IMG/VR virus record: IMGVR_UViG_3300008954_000001
DNA from: a virus
Taxonomy: Duplodnaviria > Caudoviricetes
Direction: 5' to 3' (one strand)
DNA length: 64,000 bases
The position numbers were made by a program, and so were the translations under genes. This document shows positions 31,568 through 41,140 of this stretch, one piece after another. The notes below the pieces were generated by a model. That model made no database searches, was not told where the DNA came from, and was given only the letters and a program-made list of their open reading frames with translations. The stretch's first letter is position 1. Each line of letters opens with the position of its first letter.

Positions 31568-32884
31568 ATGAGTATTATCAACCAAGCATGGAACCATTTT
31601 GACAGGGTTCGCCAATTGTCGAGATGTGCTCCTTCAAGGATCAAGCAACTCGAAGCCCGACAATGGATGACCATTATTGAAACCCTAACTTCGGCGGGTC
31701 AAACGGCTGACAGCGGTTTCGATGAGGGCCTTCAACCGAATCATGGTGCCATGATGCGGGATGATAATGGACAGGATTACAGCATCCCTTCCATGAATGT
31801 TCAGTTGTGTACCATGATCGACTACCTCCATTGGGGTTCGCAAACCGTTGTGGTTGGGCCAAACATGCAAGAAGCCTTTGCGGATACGGAACTTGGGAAA
31901 GTCCCCGTCAGCCATCTGAAGTTCCCCTTCCCTTGCTACTGGCTTGCCCTCCCCGACAATGAGGACATCCGTATCTATGGTGGCGATCCCGAAGCGGTAG
32001 TTGCCAACTATGAACTCAATGGGGAAGTGCTCAACACTTACGGCACGGGCTGGCACAAGGTAAAGGGAGCCTATATCGTCAACCGCAAAGAGGGCATACT
32101 GGTTCATATGTGGGCACCGGAACCAGAAGACCCTGAGATTCGTAAACGCCTCAACGAGATTGAAAACGGTCCTGCCAAATTGGGTCTAACTGGCAACACT
32201 GGATTGGATTGGGCGCACCAATGGTTCACGATGAGGTTTCTTCCAGATCAAGATTTGGAAGAAACGATCCGAGAGGTTTACACCGATATTGACCGAGAGG
32301 TTTTCGACCCCCACCCCAACGACCCGACTCGCACCTATTGGCAAGAAGCCTGTATGGGTATCCAACATGAAGGGGAAGGCCGAGACATTATGGTTAGTTC
32401 GGCTTGTCGGGTGCTTCGGATCATCATCAATTCTGCCCTATACATGACTTCCCCCAAAGCAGACATTGCTCACATTCGGAGTGTGAAGCGGGACAGACTA
32501 CTCCAACAGGCCCAAGACCTTACGGAGATCGCCGCACGAAACGGGAATCGGAAAGGCCAGCGCAAGCTACGGAGAGAAGCCAAAAGAAAGGCCCAAAAAG
32601 CTGAACGCTACAAATCCCCTGTCGTTTGGATTGGCCCAAAAGTCGAAGAAAAGATGCGTTCTCGAAATGCCACTTCTGACAAGAAAAGGGAACACACCGC
32701 TCGTAAGGGGCATGTCCGAAAAGGTCATTGGCACAAGTTTCTAACGGGCCGCAAACTGGACGATCATGGGAACCCCATCCCTTCAGAGGCCCGTGGCTTT
32801 ATCTTCCATTGGATTCCGCCCCTGTGGTGCGGGGATCTGAACGATAAGAAGGAAGCCCAAACCTACGCCTTCCGAGAAGTTTAG
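31568..32884 (+). CDS. Hypothetical protein (438 aa) with a C-terminal basic GHVRKGHW...WIPP motif
   Basis: RBS AGGAGG, 11 bp after the helicase stop; followed by a terminator. Confidence 0.75.
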   Translation: MSIINQAWNHFDRVRQLSRCAPSRIKQLEARQWMTIIETLTSAGQTADSGFDEGLQPNHGAMMRDDNGQDYSIPSMNVQLCTMIDYLHWGSQTVVVGPNMQEAFADTELGKVPVSHLKFPFPCYWLALPDNEDIRIYGGDPEAVVANYELNGEVLNTYGTGWHKVKGAYIVNRKEGILVHMWAPEPEDPEIRKRLNEIENGPAKLGLTGNTGLDWAHQWFTMRFLPDQDLEETIREVYTDIDREVFDPHPNDPTRTYWQEACMGIQHEGEGRDIMVSSACRVLRIIINSALYMTSPKADIAHIRSVKRDRLLQQAQDLTEIAARNGNRKGQRKLRREAKRKAQKAERYKSPVVWIGPKVEEKMRSRNATSDKKREHTARKGHVRKGHWHKFLTGRKLDDHGNPIPSEARGFIFHWIPPLWCGDLNDKKEAQTYAFREV

Positions 32885-32899
32885 ACACCCTCTCAGAAC

Positions 32900-32938
32900 A
32901 AAGCCCCCCGAAGGATCTGATCCTTCGGGGGGCTTTTT
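32900..32938. terminator. Bidirectional rho-independent terminator
   Basis: Perfect 18-bp inverted repeat AAAGCCCCCCGAAGGATC-t-GATCCTTCGGGGGGCTTT between the convergent 438-aa and sheath genes, with A/T tails on both sides. Confidence 0.85.
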
Positions 32939-32962
32939 ATTACTCTGATTTCTTCGGAGCTA

Positions 32963-35900
32963 TTAGAGAGAGCTACGAATGTTGAACTTCAGGATAATGT
33001 AAAGCAACGGGAAGATCGGCTGATAGAAAGATTCAACCTCACACGCCGTTGGATCGTTGGGGCTAATGTTCGCCTTGATCCCGGTGTACGCTGAAACAAT
33101 CTGTGCGCTTACCATCTGCTTGTACATCTCGGCCAACCGTCCCTCAACCTGTGAGATAATCTGAGGTAGAAACTTCACGCCAATGAAGCCTTCCAGAGTG
33201 TCACGGGTTTGCTGCTGAACTTCGTCGGCAATCTGAACAACGGAAGGAGTCTTGGTCATAACATTCCCCATGTCCGTAGTGAGGCCCTGCCGCACACGAA
33301 TAAAGGGAGGCTTGTTTTCACAAACCGTAACACCAGCCGAAGCAACCTGATTCATGGTCACGGTATCCAAGTTCCGAGCCACCCCATTCGTACCCACAAA
33401 GGACGTTCCCGTCCATGGAGTAGCGGGGTCACGGTTCGGGCTAACTTGCCGTGCCGCCATCATAGCCGCCAGATACCGACCATCAACCAACTCTTCCTTC
33501 TCGTTTCCGAGTGCGTCAGTAGTCGTGACCGTCAACATATCGGGATACAGACAACGGATTCGAGGGTTACCCGAAACCTTCATGCCGTTTTCATCCTCGC
33601 CCATATCAAGCTGTGCGACCAAATCCGCCGCCTCGGAAGGCTGCGTTCCAGCACTAAAGCCGAGAATACAGGTACGCTCCGCTTGATTACGGATATTGGA
33701 CTGCTCATCCACATGGAGAGAAAGGAAAGTTCCCAACTCGTGTGAATACTCAAGCAAAGGCACGAGGACCGATGGCCGAATACGACCGGGCAACAGACCT
33801 TCAAGTTCCGTGACCGCATCCAAATAGGATGCGATAGAACCGTTTACCTTGCCCTCTTCACGCCGTACCTGCTTCACGCCAACAACGGTAGCACCGTTCA
33901 TAAACATGAGGTAGGAAGCCAGACTGCTCTGATTGGTAGCCCCCACTGATCCGAATGCAGCCTCAATCGAAGCAACCTTCGTAAACAGACGGGGTGAGTA
34001 GTTACGCTTCTCGTACTCATACGAGGCGTAATAGCTCTGTCCAATCGCAGGCTCGTTGCCACCCTTATGGTGAGTCGTGATCGTTGCCGTATCACCTTCT
34101 CCAACGGAACTGGTGTTTGCAACGAACAACTGAACGCCAGGAATCGAGTCAATCGGCACATTGGCATCACAGGTAATCTCATCTGCACAGGTCAACTCAA
34201 AGGTTGAGGTTGCGTTAGATGAGTAGTTACCACCACCAAGCGGAGCCAAAAGCGTGAAGGTAAGACCCGTGACTTCATCACGATAAGTCTGACCAACAAC
34301 ACCATCTTGACCAGTACCGTCGTTGAGGACAGAAGATCCCGAAGAACCTGACCCAACAGGGTTATCAGAAGTGACATGGAAGCCAGTGCGACCCGACTCA
34401 CCATTATCCTGATCCCCATTCGTACCGAGCAAGCCCGTTCCCGAACGGAAAGCGGTGCAATCGCCCACGGCAACACTTGAAGCAAGACCCAAGGTGGGGC
34501 TTTGAATCTGAACATAATCGTCGCCAGAAGCGTCCGTTACGATCATCACCATCGCACCATCTTGATCCAAACCATCGCCAGCCACATCAGCAAACAACGC
34601 CTTCCACGAAGCCGTTGATTCCGTCATCATCGAAGCCGCCAACGCTGCCGCCGAGACTCCTTCACGAACTGAAGACTCATTGTCGGTAAGACGAATCGTG
34701 TTGTTTGCGCTTCCTTCACCGATAGCAACCCGTGAACTCGCACCCTGCGTGGCACTTTCAATCCAGAAAGCTGCGCCTTCTTGGGTCAAAGCACCTACAC
34801 CAGCGGCGACAAGGGCTGCACTAATCTGACCCAAAACCGAAGCGGGTTCGCCAACAGGTCCAAGAGGAGTCGCCGTACCTACATCAGAAGATGTGAACGC
34901 AACCGTTACGGAGGTTCCGTCGATGGTCAAATCAAGCGTGTCGTTTGCGGGGTTAGCCGCCACACCACCATCGAAGAAAGTGAGTTCTGCCTGACCGTCT
35001 GTATCTACACCGCCACCGACAGCCGTTTGGCCTGTACCAAACCCAACATCAGCCTTAACCGCTGCGGGGAGAACAGTAGCCGAGCTTCGAGGCTCTGCAC
35101 TTTCGCCACCTTCCCAACCGAACAGGCTCATTGCGGTTCCCGAAAGAACCTCAAGACCTAAACCAGTGTGTCCACGAGGGTTCACCGAACCAGCGTTTCC
35201 AGGGATAATGCGGTTGCGGAGAATCAAGCGATCATGGGAATCCGCACCAGAGTCGCCGTTTCCACCGTCACCCAACTTCGCAATCGGGCCATGAAGGATT
35301 TGGGTCTGATCCGTATCCGCAAGAGCGGCGGTATCAATACCTGCGACATTTGCAGCGAAATCCGCCTTAGCCGCTACGGAACTCAAGAAGGAGAATCGCC
35401 CGTGCGTGGCATTTACCGCCCTTGCACAAGTGAATACCAACTGACTACTGACATTCGCAGCAACAGTTACCGTTGGATAATCGTCAACATCCGTTGTTCC
35501 AGCCAATACAACGGTAGTAATCCCGCCTTCGATGGCCGCCTGAACAGCCGCCGCCAAGTCACCAACATTCGTGTAAACGCCAGCGGCGATATCAACACTG
35601 ATGGTTTCGGCACCTTCCGCATCGTCATTCCAATGAAGTCGAATGTTGTCAAAAACGCCAGCGGCGATCTCGACTCGATTCCGAACCATAGTTGAAGCGG
35701 TGTACTGAGGAGGAACAGCGTCCGCAGCGGCGTTAAGGGCCGTTACGAAATCTGCGATGCCAGCGTTCGCCGCACCTACCGTGGCCGAAATCGTCTGACC
35801 ATCAACACTCAAAGAAAGAGTGTCATTTGATCCCGCATCAATCGTCCAAGAGGTGTTGTTATCGGGGGCGGCCTCATCATACTGAGCCTTCGCTGATACG

Positions 35901-37882
35901 AGCATCGCAGCAGCGGGGCGGCTTGCGCCGAGCATCGTTCGAGTAGCACCACCATCAACGGTGATAATCATACTGTCCGAGGAACCGTCCACAAAGAAGT
36001 ATGGGCCAGGGTTGCCAAAAGACATCATGGCGGGGGTTTCATCCTTATCCACCAAAGTAACCGTGACAATTTCGCCCACTGGACCCGTAAACAGGTCGGA
36101 ATCGACCGCCTCAAAACGAGCTTGTGGAAGATTGGAGTTTCCAGACTCAAACTGGAGAACCTCAACCAAACCATCGCCCTTATCCGTCAAAGGAGCAGCA
36201 AAAACGGAGTCTCCACCACTATCTGTAATAGAGTAGGTGCCTACTGAAGAAGCCCCTGCCGAAACACAGGTGAGGGTAAAGGTCTCGTCATCAACGCCGT
36301 TGTACCAATGGGTAGCGAACAAGGACATACCTGGCTCAATGGCTTCCGCCAAAGTAACCGTCTTTGTATTAGCATCCACACTGGCAACCGTGACAGCACC
36401 ACGATCCAAGGCATCCTGAACATCATATCCAGCGAAAGCCGTGACCAGTTCGGGGCGGTTTGACCACACATCCCGACGATCATTCGTCATGGCCTTAAAG
36501 GTTGCGGGAGTTAGAGGAAACTCATTCCCCGGTGATCCCACACCATTACCAGAAGTTGGAATACGGCTAAGAGTGAACGCCGTTCGACTCGTCGCCCCAC
36601 CATCCGTAACAGGCTCGCAAAGCTCCATGTGAGTGCGGCAATCCGCCAACTGTGCCGTGATTTGAGTGTCATCAAAAGGCGTGGCGAGTTCCGAAGAGGA
36701 ATCCGCAGCGATAATAGCCGCCGTTCCCCAATGGAGTTTGTCGTCCTGAAGGATGAAGTCACTGCCTGCGAGGTAGTCCATACGACTCGGCTCAAGACCA
36801 CACCGCAACATTCGAGTTACGCCAATGTCGAAAACATAGTCGAAAGTGTCCTGCCAAGAGTTCCAGAAGTAGGTCACCTCTAAAGTTGATCCCGCTGCGG
36901 GAGCAACCGCCAAAGTGATACCACCGTTCTTTCCGTCTACTTCGGAAACCTCAACTTCTGCCCCGTCTACCGTCACTACAACGCCTGTGGTGCTTCCCGT
37001 ATCAAGGGTGCGACCAGCGTTGGTGCCGTCCACAATCGGACGCTGATGGGTAAAGAAGCGGGCATTTCGAGAAGTCTCGTCACCATTGACGATGCCAAGA
37101 GTGTCGTTTGCGAGGCCAGCACCAATCGCAATGCCTTGTTCCGCAGACAAGAGGATAACAGTATCCCCTTCGTTGTTTGTAATGGTGGAAGCCTCCAAGG
37201 AGCCGATTTCTTCAGCATTGATGAAACCGATTACCTGAACGGCTGTCCAAGTACCTTCAGGAAGCTCGAAAGAAGCACTTTCGCCGTCTACCGTCAGTTC
37301 AAGGGTGTCGTTTGTACCTGCTTCAATCTCAAAACCAGCACCTTCGGCACCCGTTCCAGTGATTTCAGCACCGTCACCCGAAACTTGTGCTGACAAGTCA
37401 TCGGTCTGTTGGGTGTCTGTGCGATTGAAGAAGTAGGTGACCATCACCTCATCCTCAAGGGTCGCAGCCACGGCAAGCTCAATAGTGCCGTTGGCACCGT
37501 TGACAGCCAGTACAACGGAAGGTTCTCCATTGATAAACGCTGTCACATCGGCAGGATCGTTAGTGGTTCGGCCATTCCCCTGACCGTCAACAATGGGGAA
37601 ATTACGGACCATAACAACGGTAGCTTCACCGTTGAAATCTCCGAGATTGCCGTCATCGTCAATCACCGCACGGCCAGCCATGTCATCCAAGGGGATGCGC
37701 TGGTCTACGGATTGGGAAGACCCCCGAACAACCTCAAGGCCGTTTCGGGTCAAAATTTCATTTCCAGGACCAATCAACATAGGAATGTTTGTTGATCCCA
37801 AGACTCCTCCAAGGGCGGATTCGTACTCGGTTTCCGTGTACACGCCGGGAGGGGCATAGGGGTTCTTAAAGTCAAAAGCCAT
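32963..37882 (-). CDS. Contractile tail sheath protein, unusually large (1639 aa)
   Basis: N-terminal PYAPPGVYTETE and C-terminal sheath core (FIRVRQGLTT...SVVQIADEVQQQTRDTLEGFIGVKF...CEVESFYQPIFPLLYIILKF). Confidence 0.9.
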   Translation of the reverse strand: MAFDFKNPYAPPGVYTETEYESALGGVLGSTNIPMLIGPGNEILTRNGLEVVRGSSQSVDQRIPLDDMAGRAVIDDDGNLGDFNGEATVVMVRNFPIVDGQGNGRTTNDPADVTAFINGEPSVVLAVNGANGTIELAVAATLEDEVMVTYFFNRTDTQQTDDLSAQVSGDGAEITGTGAEGAGFEIEAGTNDTLELTVDGESASFELPEGTWTAVQVIGFINAEEIGSLEASTITNNEGDTVILLSAEQGIAIGAGLANDTLGIVNGDETSRNARFFTHQRPIVDGTNAGRTLDTGSTTGVVVTVDGAEVEVSEVDGKNGGITLAVAPAAGSTLEVTYFWNSWQDTFDYVFDIGVTRMLRCGLEPSRMDYLAGSDFILQDDKLHWGTAAIIAADSSSELATPFDDTQITAQLADCRTHMELCEPVTDGGATSRTAFTLSRIPTSGNGVGSPGNEFPLTPATFKAMTNDRRDVWSNRPELVTAFAGYDVQDALDRGAVTVASVDANTKTVTLAEAIEPGMSLFATHWYNGVDDETFTLTCVSAGASSVGTYSITDSGGDSVFAAPLTDKGDGLVEVLQFESGNSNLPQARFEAVDSDLFTGPVGEIVTVTLVDKDETPAMMSFGNPGPYFFVDGSSDSMIITVDGGATRTMLGASRPAAAMLVSAKAQYDEAAPDNNTSWTIDAGSNDTLSLSVDGQTISATVGAANAGIADFVTALNAAADAVPPQYTASTMVRNRVEIAAGVFDNIRLHWNDDAEGAETISVDIAAGVYTNVGDLAAAVQAAIEGGITTVVLAGTTDVDDYPTVTVAANVSSQLVFTCARAVNATHGRFSFLSSVAAKADFAANVAGIDTAALADTDQTQILHGPIAKLGDGGNGDSGADSHDRLILRNRIIPGNAGSVNPRGHTGLGLEVLSGTAMSLFGWEGGESAEPRSSATVLPAAVKADVGFGTGQTAVGGGVDTDGQAELTFFDGGVAANPANDTLDLTIDGTSVTVAFTSSDVGTATPLGPVGEPASVLGQISAALVAAGVGALTQEGAAFWIESATQGASSRVAIGEGSANNTIRLTDNESSVREGVSAAALAASMMTESTASWKALFADVAGDGLDQDGAMVMIVTDASGDDYVQIQSPTLGLASSVAVGDCTAFRSGTGLLGTNGDQDNGESGRTGFHVTSDNPVGSGSSGSSVLNDGTGQDGVVGQTYRDEVTGLTFTLLAPLGGGNYSSNATSTFELTCADEITCDANVPIDSIPGVQLFVANTSSVGEGDTATITTHHKGGNEPAIGQSYYASYEYEKRNYSPRLFTKVASIEAAFGSVGATNQSSLASYLMFMNGATVVGVKQVRREEGKVNGSIASYLDAVTELEGLLPGRIRPSVLVPLLEYSHELGTFLSLHVDEQSNIRNQAERTCILGFSAGTQPSEAADLVAQLDMGEDENGMKVSGNPRIRCLYPDMLTVTTTDALGNEKEELVDGRYLAAMMAARQVSPNRDPATPWTGTSFVGTNGVARNLDTVTMNQVASAGVTVCENKPPFIRVRQGLTTDMGNVMTKTPSVVQIADEVQQQTRDTLEGFIGVKFLPQIISQVEGRLAEMYKQMVSAQIVSAYTGIKANISPNDPTACEVESFYQPIFPLLYIILKFNIRSSL

Positions 37883-38041
37883 GATGGGTTCTCCTTCTCA
37901 GTTAGTGGCTGTTACAAAACAGTGTTTCTTTCAAATCCACGCCAGTATTGACGGGGTTTTAAGCTCGGTTGATGCACATGCTTCCATACTTGTTTTCTAA
38001 CCAGACCATCACGGTCGGAGAGGGAACCCACCCTCATGCGT

Positions 38042-38500
38042 CTATTGACGCTCTTTAGCTTTCAGCTTCTTCTTGTGTCTATCAATCATTCCCATAGCCT
38101 CGGCATTGAGATTTCGGGCGGTTTCTGCGGCCAACCGTTCGTCTTTATTCAGAATTCGGTAATCGCCAGTGTCCGTCCTACTAAGATCGTGTCCAGAAGT
38201 GCCTGGATTGTCTCGAATGACCTCACGCTTTCGCTCATGTCGTTTTGAAATTTGTTCGTAGCTGCCCTTGGCATGGTCGCCAATGACTCGATCTACATTT
38301 GCGTCATAGGAAGATACGCCCGTGTTCTGTGGGCGGATCGTGCCATCCCCATTCGGAATGTAGGTGGAGGTCATCGTTTCAGGGGGGAGCCTAAGAGCTT
38401 CGGCATCGCAACCCAGACAGGGGTAGGGGTCGGTCCCCATAGCCGCTGTACGGTGAGCATCGAAGCGAAGGCCACAAGCCTGACACTGATAATTATACAA
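38042..38500 (-). CDS. FmdB-family zinc-ribbon protein (152 aa)
   Basis: YNYQCQAC-G-x-F...CLGC pattern. Confidence 0.7.
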   Translation of the reverse strand: MYNYQCQACGLRFDAHRTAAMGTDPYPCLGCDAEALRLPPETMTSTYIPNGDGTIRPQNTGVSSYDANVDRVIGDHAKGSYEQISKRHERKREVIRDNPGTSGHDLSRTDTGDYRILNKDERLAAETARNLNAEAMGMIDRHKKKLKAKERQ

Positions 38501-38538
38501 AGGAATGACGCACCTCCATCCTAATAAGTGGCGTAAGT

Positions 38539-38552
38539 ATAGACAGAGTACC
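38539..38552 (-). promoter_or_regulatory. Candidate late-promoter motif GGTA-N6-CTAT
   Basis: Located in the 56-bp gap upstream of the FmdB/sheath unit. Confidence 0.4.
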
Positions 38553-38556
38553 CACG

Positions 38557-39741
38557 CTATTTGATAAGTTCGTAAGTCCCGCTCCGACCGGAAAAGAAGG
38601 GATCAAGACTCCGCTCGATCCCCAAACTTCGGTTGGCGAGGCTCTCTTCAGTTGCATTAGCGGGGTCTGCCTCCGCCGCTTTCATATCTTCACTGCTGAT
38701 CGCTGAAACAGACCTCATCCACGGCCCCAAAGGAACATGAATAGACCACTCGGTTTCCAAGGAAATGTTGAAGTTCCCGTTGAAGAAGTAGTCGTCGCCC
38801 GTTTCGTCGTAGATTTCTTCCACCTCTCCACCGAGACTCATATCCATGATCTCAATGCCTTCTGTGGAAAGTCGTGGGCGAAGCACACCAAAAATGAATG
38901 TGCAGGTACGATCAATAATCTCTCTCTGAGCGTGAACATCTCTGGAAATCACATCGAATTCCATATTCAGCGTCCAACGACCGCCGTACTCTTGGTATGC
39001 AGGCTCACGCCGATTCGACACAACAACCGCTGCTCGATCCCCCGCCTCCACCTCACGCCCAAACGCCAAGACCACACCAGGAATCGCCGTATTGTCTGCC
39101 CGCATACTCCTAAAAGGAATCGGGCCAAGGCTTGGTACGGCATATCGGTAATCCGCTGAAAGGCTCATCCCTGCTTTCAAGGGCTGAACTAAAGTAATGC
39201 CAGCGGTTTCGGGGTCATAAGTGAAGTTACGCAGCCGAATCCCGCTCGGAACCTCATATAAAGATAAGGTTCCATCCAAGGGCTTCCGCTGAAGAGTCGC
39301 TTCACTGGGACTCACCATAGTTACGGCTTCATTCCGAACCTCTAAAAGACGATCTACATAGAATTCGCCCTCACTGGTGTTCTGATTGTATGCCGTAATC
39401 TCAATGTAATAGACCCCTGCGGGGGAGGGGAAAGAACCTCCGTTGGATTGGATGGCCAGCCCATCCTCCCGAATCCACTCAAGAAAGGTGCCTTGATAAC
39501 TATCTACTTTCGTCAGATAGCAATAACTGTGAACAGTTCCCATGTAGTTATCAGCGGCCATCTTGACGATAGAGCCACCCGACGACTTTACAATGATCCC
39601 ATGTTGAGGGCGTTCGGCAAACGAATACTTACCTTGGATATTATCAACAAGGTCGTCCCTGTACCTCGGATGATAAGACCAGAAGCGACGAAGTTCCTGA
39701 ATGAATCTTCGAGTTAAAGCATGAGTGAGAACGTAGTACAC
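38557..39741 (-). CDS. Tail terminator / tail completion-like protein (394 aa) with an inserted beta-sandwich domain
   Basis: Position upstream of the sheath; terminator-like C-terminus (MEFDVISRDVHAQREIIDR...FFNGNFNISLETEW). Confidence 0.45.
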   Translation of the reverse strand: MYYVLTHALTRRFIQELRRFWSYHPRYRDDLVDNIQGKYSFAERPQHGIIVKSSGGSIVKMAADNYMGTVHSYCYLTKVDSYQGTFLEWIREDGLAIQSNGGSFPSPAGVYYIEITAYNQNTSEGEFYVDRLLEVRNEAVTMVSPSEATLQRKPLDGTLSLYEVPSGIRLRNFTYDPETAGITLVQPLKAGMSLSADYRYAVPSLGPIPFRSMRADNTAIPGVVLAFGREVEAGDRAAVVVSNRREPAYQEYGGRWTLNMEFDVISRDVHAQREIIDRTCTFIFGVLRPRLSTEGIEIMDMSLGGEVEEIYDETGDDYFFNGNFNISLETEWSIHVPLGPWMRSVSAISSEDMKAAEADPANATEESLANRSLGIERSLDPFFSGRSGTYELIK

Positions 39742-39754
39742 GACAACTCCAAGG

Positions 39755-40060
39755 TTACTCCTCTTTCAGAGTACCCGTCAGAGTGATTGTACTGCCCTCT
39801 TTGGTCAGAGAAATCGTCGAGTAGTAGCCGAAAAACTTGCGACCCCCTTGGCCGTAATAAACGAGCTTTCCTCGCCCGTGCTCAACGGTTTCCCCATCCT
39901 CTTCTGGGATCGTAACTTGAATCAAAGGCGGCCCCATCGCTGGAATACCTGCCTTTGAGTCATTGAAAGCGTCCCCACTTCCAATTGTCGGGGCATCGGG
40001 ATCTGGTGGGATGATGCCATCCAAGACATCCAGAAAATCTTTACTACTACTCATCATCAT
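39755..40060 (-). CDS. Hypothetical protein (~100 aa) coupled to the actin-like gene
   Basis: Overlaps the actin-like stop by 14 bp and fills the gap to the next gene. Confidence 0.6.
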   Translation of the reverse strand: MMMSSSKDFLDVLDGIIPPDPDAPTIGSGDAFNDSKAGIPAMGPPLIQVTIPEEDGETVEHGRGKLVYYGQGGRKFFGYYSTISLTKEGSTITLTGTLKEE

Positions 40061-41129
40061 ACTCCTGCATGGCCTGAACCAACATTCCGTAAGCCACAGC
40101 GTTTAGCGGTTCGTTTGCGTGTCGAATTTCCGATACTTCAATGGGGAACTTTCGACGCTTCTTGTTAAAAACAGCCTGAAAGAACTCCATGAAGCCCCCT
40201 GCTAAAGAGGTGCCTCCTGAAACCACAATCGGAATCGGACGGGGCAAAGAAAACTGCCCCTCAATCTGCTTAAAGCGGAGGGCGATTTGATCTAAAGCAT
40301 ATTCAATCAAGTTGCGGTAATAGAAAACAATCGCCTCTTGATCTCGCCCCTCAGGACTGTTCAAATCGATCCCCTGCTCCTTAATCGAGCAGATACGGGC
40401 TTGTGTGGACCCAATGCTTCGAGCGGCCCCACCATCAATCCAATCCCCCCCACGGGCGACCGAAAAGCTCAAACCTTCAATAGTGTTCACAGCCAAGGCA
40501 ATATTGGTCATTCCTGAACCGAAACTGATTCCGATCCCCGAAAAACCTTCCTTAGCAGTCTCGGCATAGATAATAGCCATCGCTTCATTCGAGGCATAAG
40601 GCTCATAGCCACATTCCGTCACAATGCGCTCAAAAACCCCTCGGTGATAAATGATGTCTTTATCTGGCTGATCGATGGGGGCGGCGGGAACCGAAAAGTA
40701 ACAGGCTTCATTTTCTACCCGTGGCTCGCCCAAAACATTCTTTACGAGCAACCCCAAAACATCGAGAGCGTCCGTCTCACCCGAAGAAATCAGGCCCGCT
40801 TGTAGTGGTCGCCGTGCTTCTCGGCCAAAGATATTGGCAGTTTCCAATGCGGGATCACCGATAATGATCAATTCGTCAGGTCGCTCAACGTAGCTCACAC
40901 CCGACAATTTCAACATTTTCTTGGAGTCTGGCGGAAGGTCGAGGAAAGCATCTCGAACTCGACGGGACTCAATCTCACCCGACCCGCTTCTACGGGCCGA
41001 AACGATATTCATTGTCCCGATGTCCAACCCTACGCCCTTAGGGAGCACCTTGGCGGGCTTCTTCGAGGCCGCCTTAGGCTTTGCTTGAGGCTTTTCTTGG
41101 GGCGTTTCTGGGGTTTCTGCGTCAGACAT
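40047..41129 (-). CDS. Actin-fold ATPase (MreB/MamK/ParM superfamily; Mad28-like signature)
   Basis: Phosphate-1 GLDIGTMNI, connect-1 NEAMAIIY, phosphate-2 GISFGSGMT, adenosine IVVSGGTS, connect-2 PLNAVAYG; RBS AGGAG. Confidence 0.85.
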   Translation of the reverse strand: MSDAETPETPQEKPQAKPKAASKKPAKVLPKGVGLDIGTMNIVSARRSGSGEIESRRVRDAFLDLPPDSKKMLKLSGVSYVERPDELIIIGDPALETANIFGREARRPLQAGLISSGETDALDVLGLLVKNVLGEPRVENEACYFSVPAAPIDQPDKDIIYHRGVFERIVTECGYEPYASNEAMAIIYAETAKEGFSGIGISFGSGMTNIALAVNTIEGLSFSVARGGDWIDGGAARSIGSTQARICSIKEQGIDLNSPEGRDQEAIVFYYRNLIEYALDQIALRFKQIEGQFSLPRPIPIVVSGGTSLAGGFMEFFQAVFNKKRRKFPIEVSEIRHANEPLNAVAYGMLVQAMQEYDDE

Positions 41130-41140
41130 TTTAGGACTCC

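Noticed and set aside
10817-39741. Extracellular contractile injection system (eCIS/Afp/PVC) or T6SS instead of a phage
   Set aside because: Head-tail adaptor and closure genes, cement-like proteins, an S74 chaperone and phage-type accessory genes are present. No Afp15-like AAA ATPase or T6SS membrane complex is seen.
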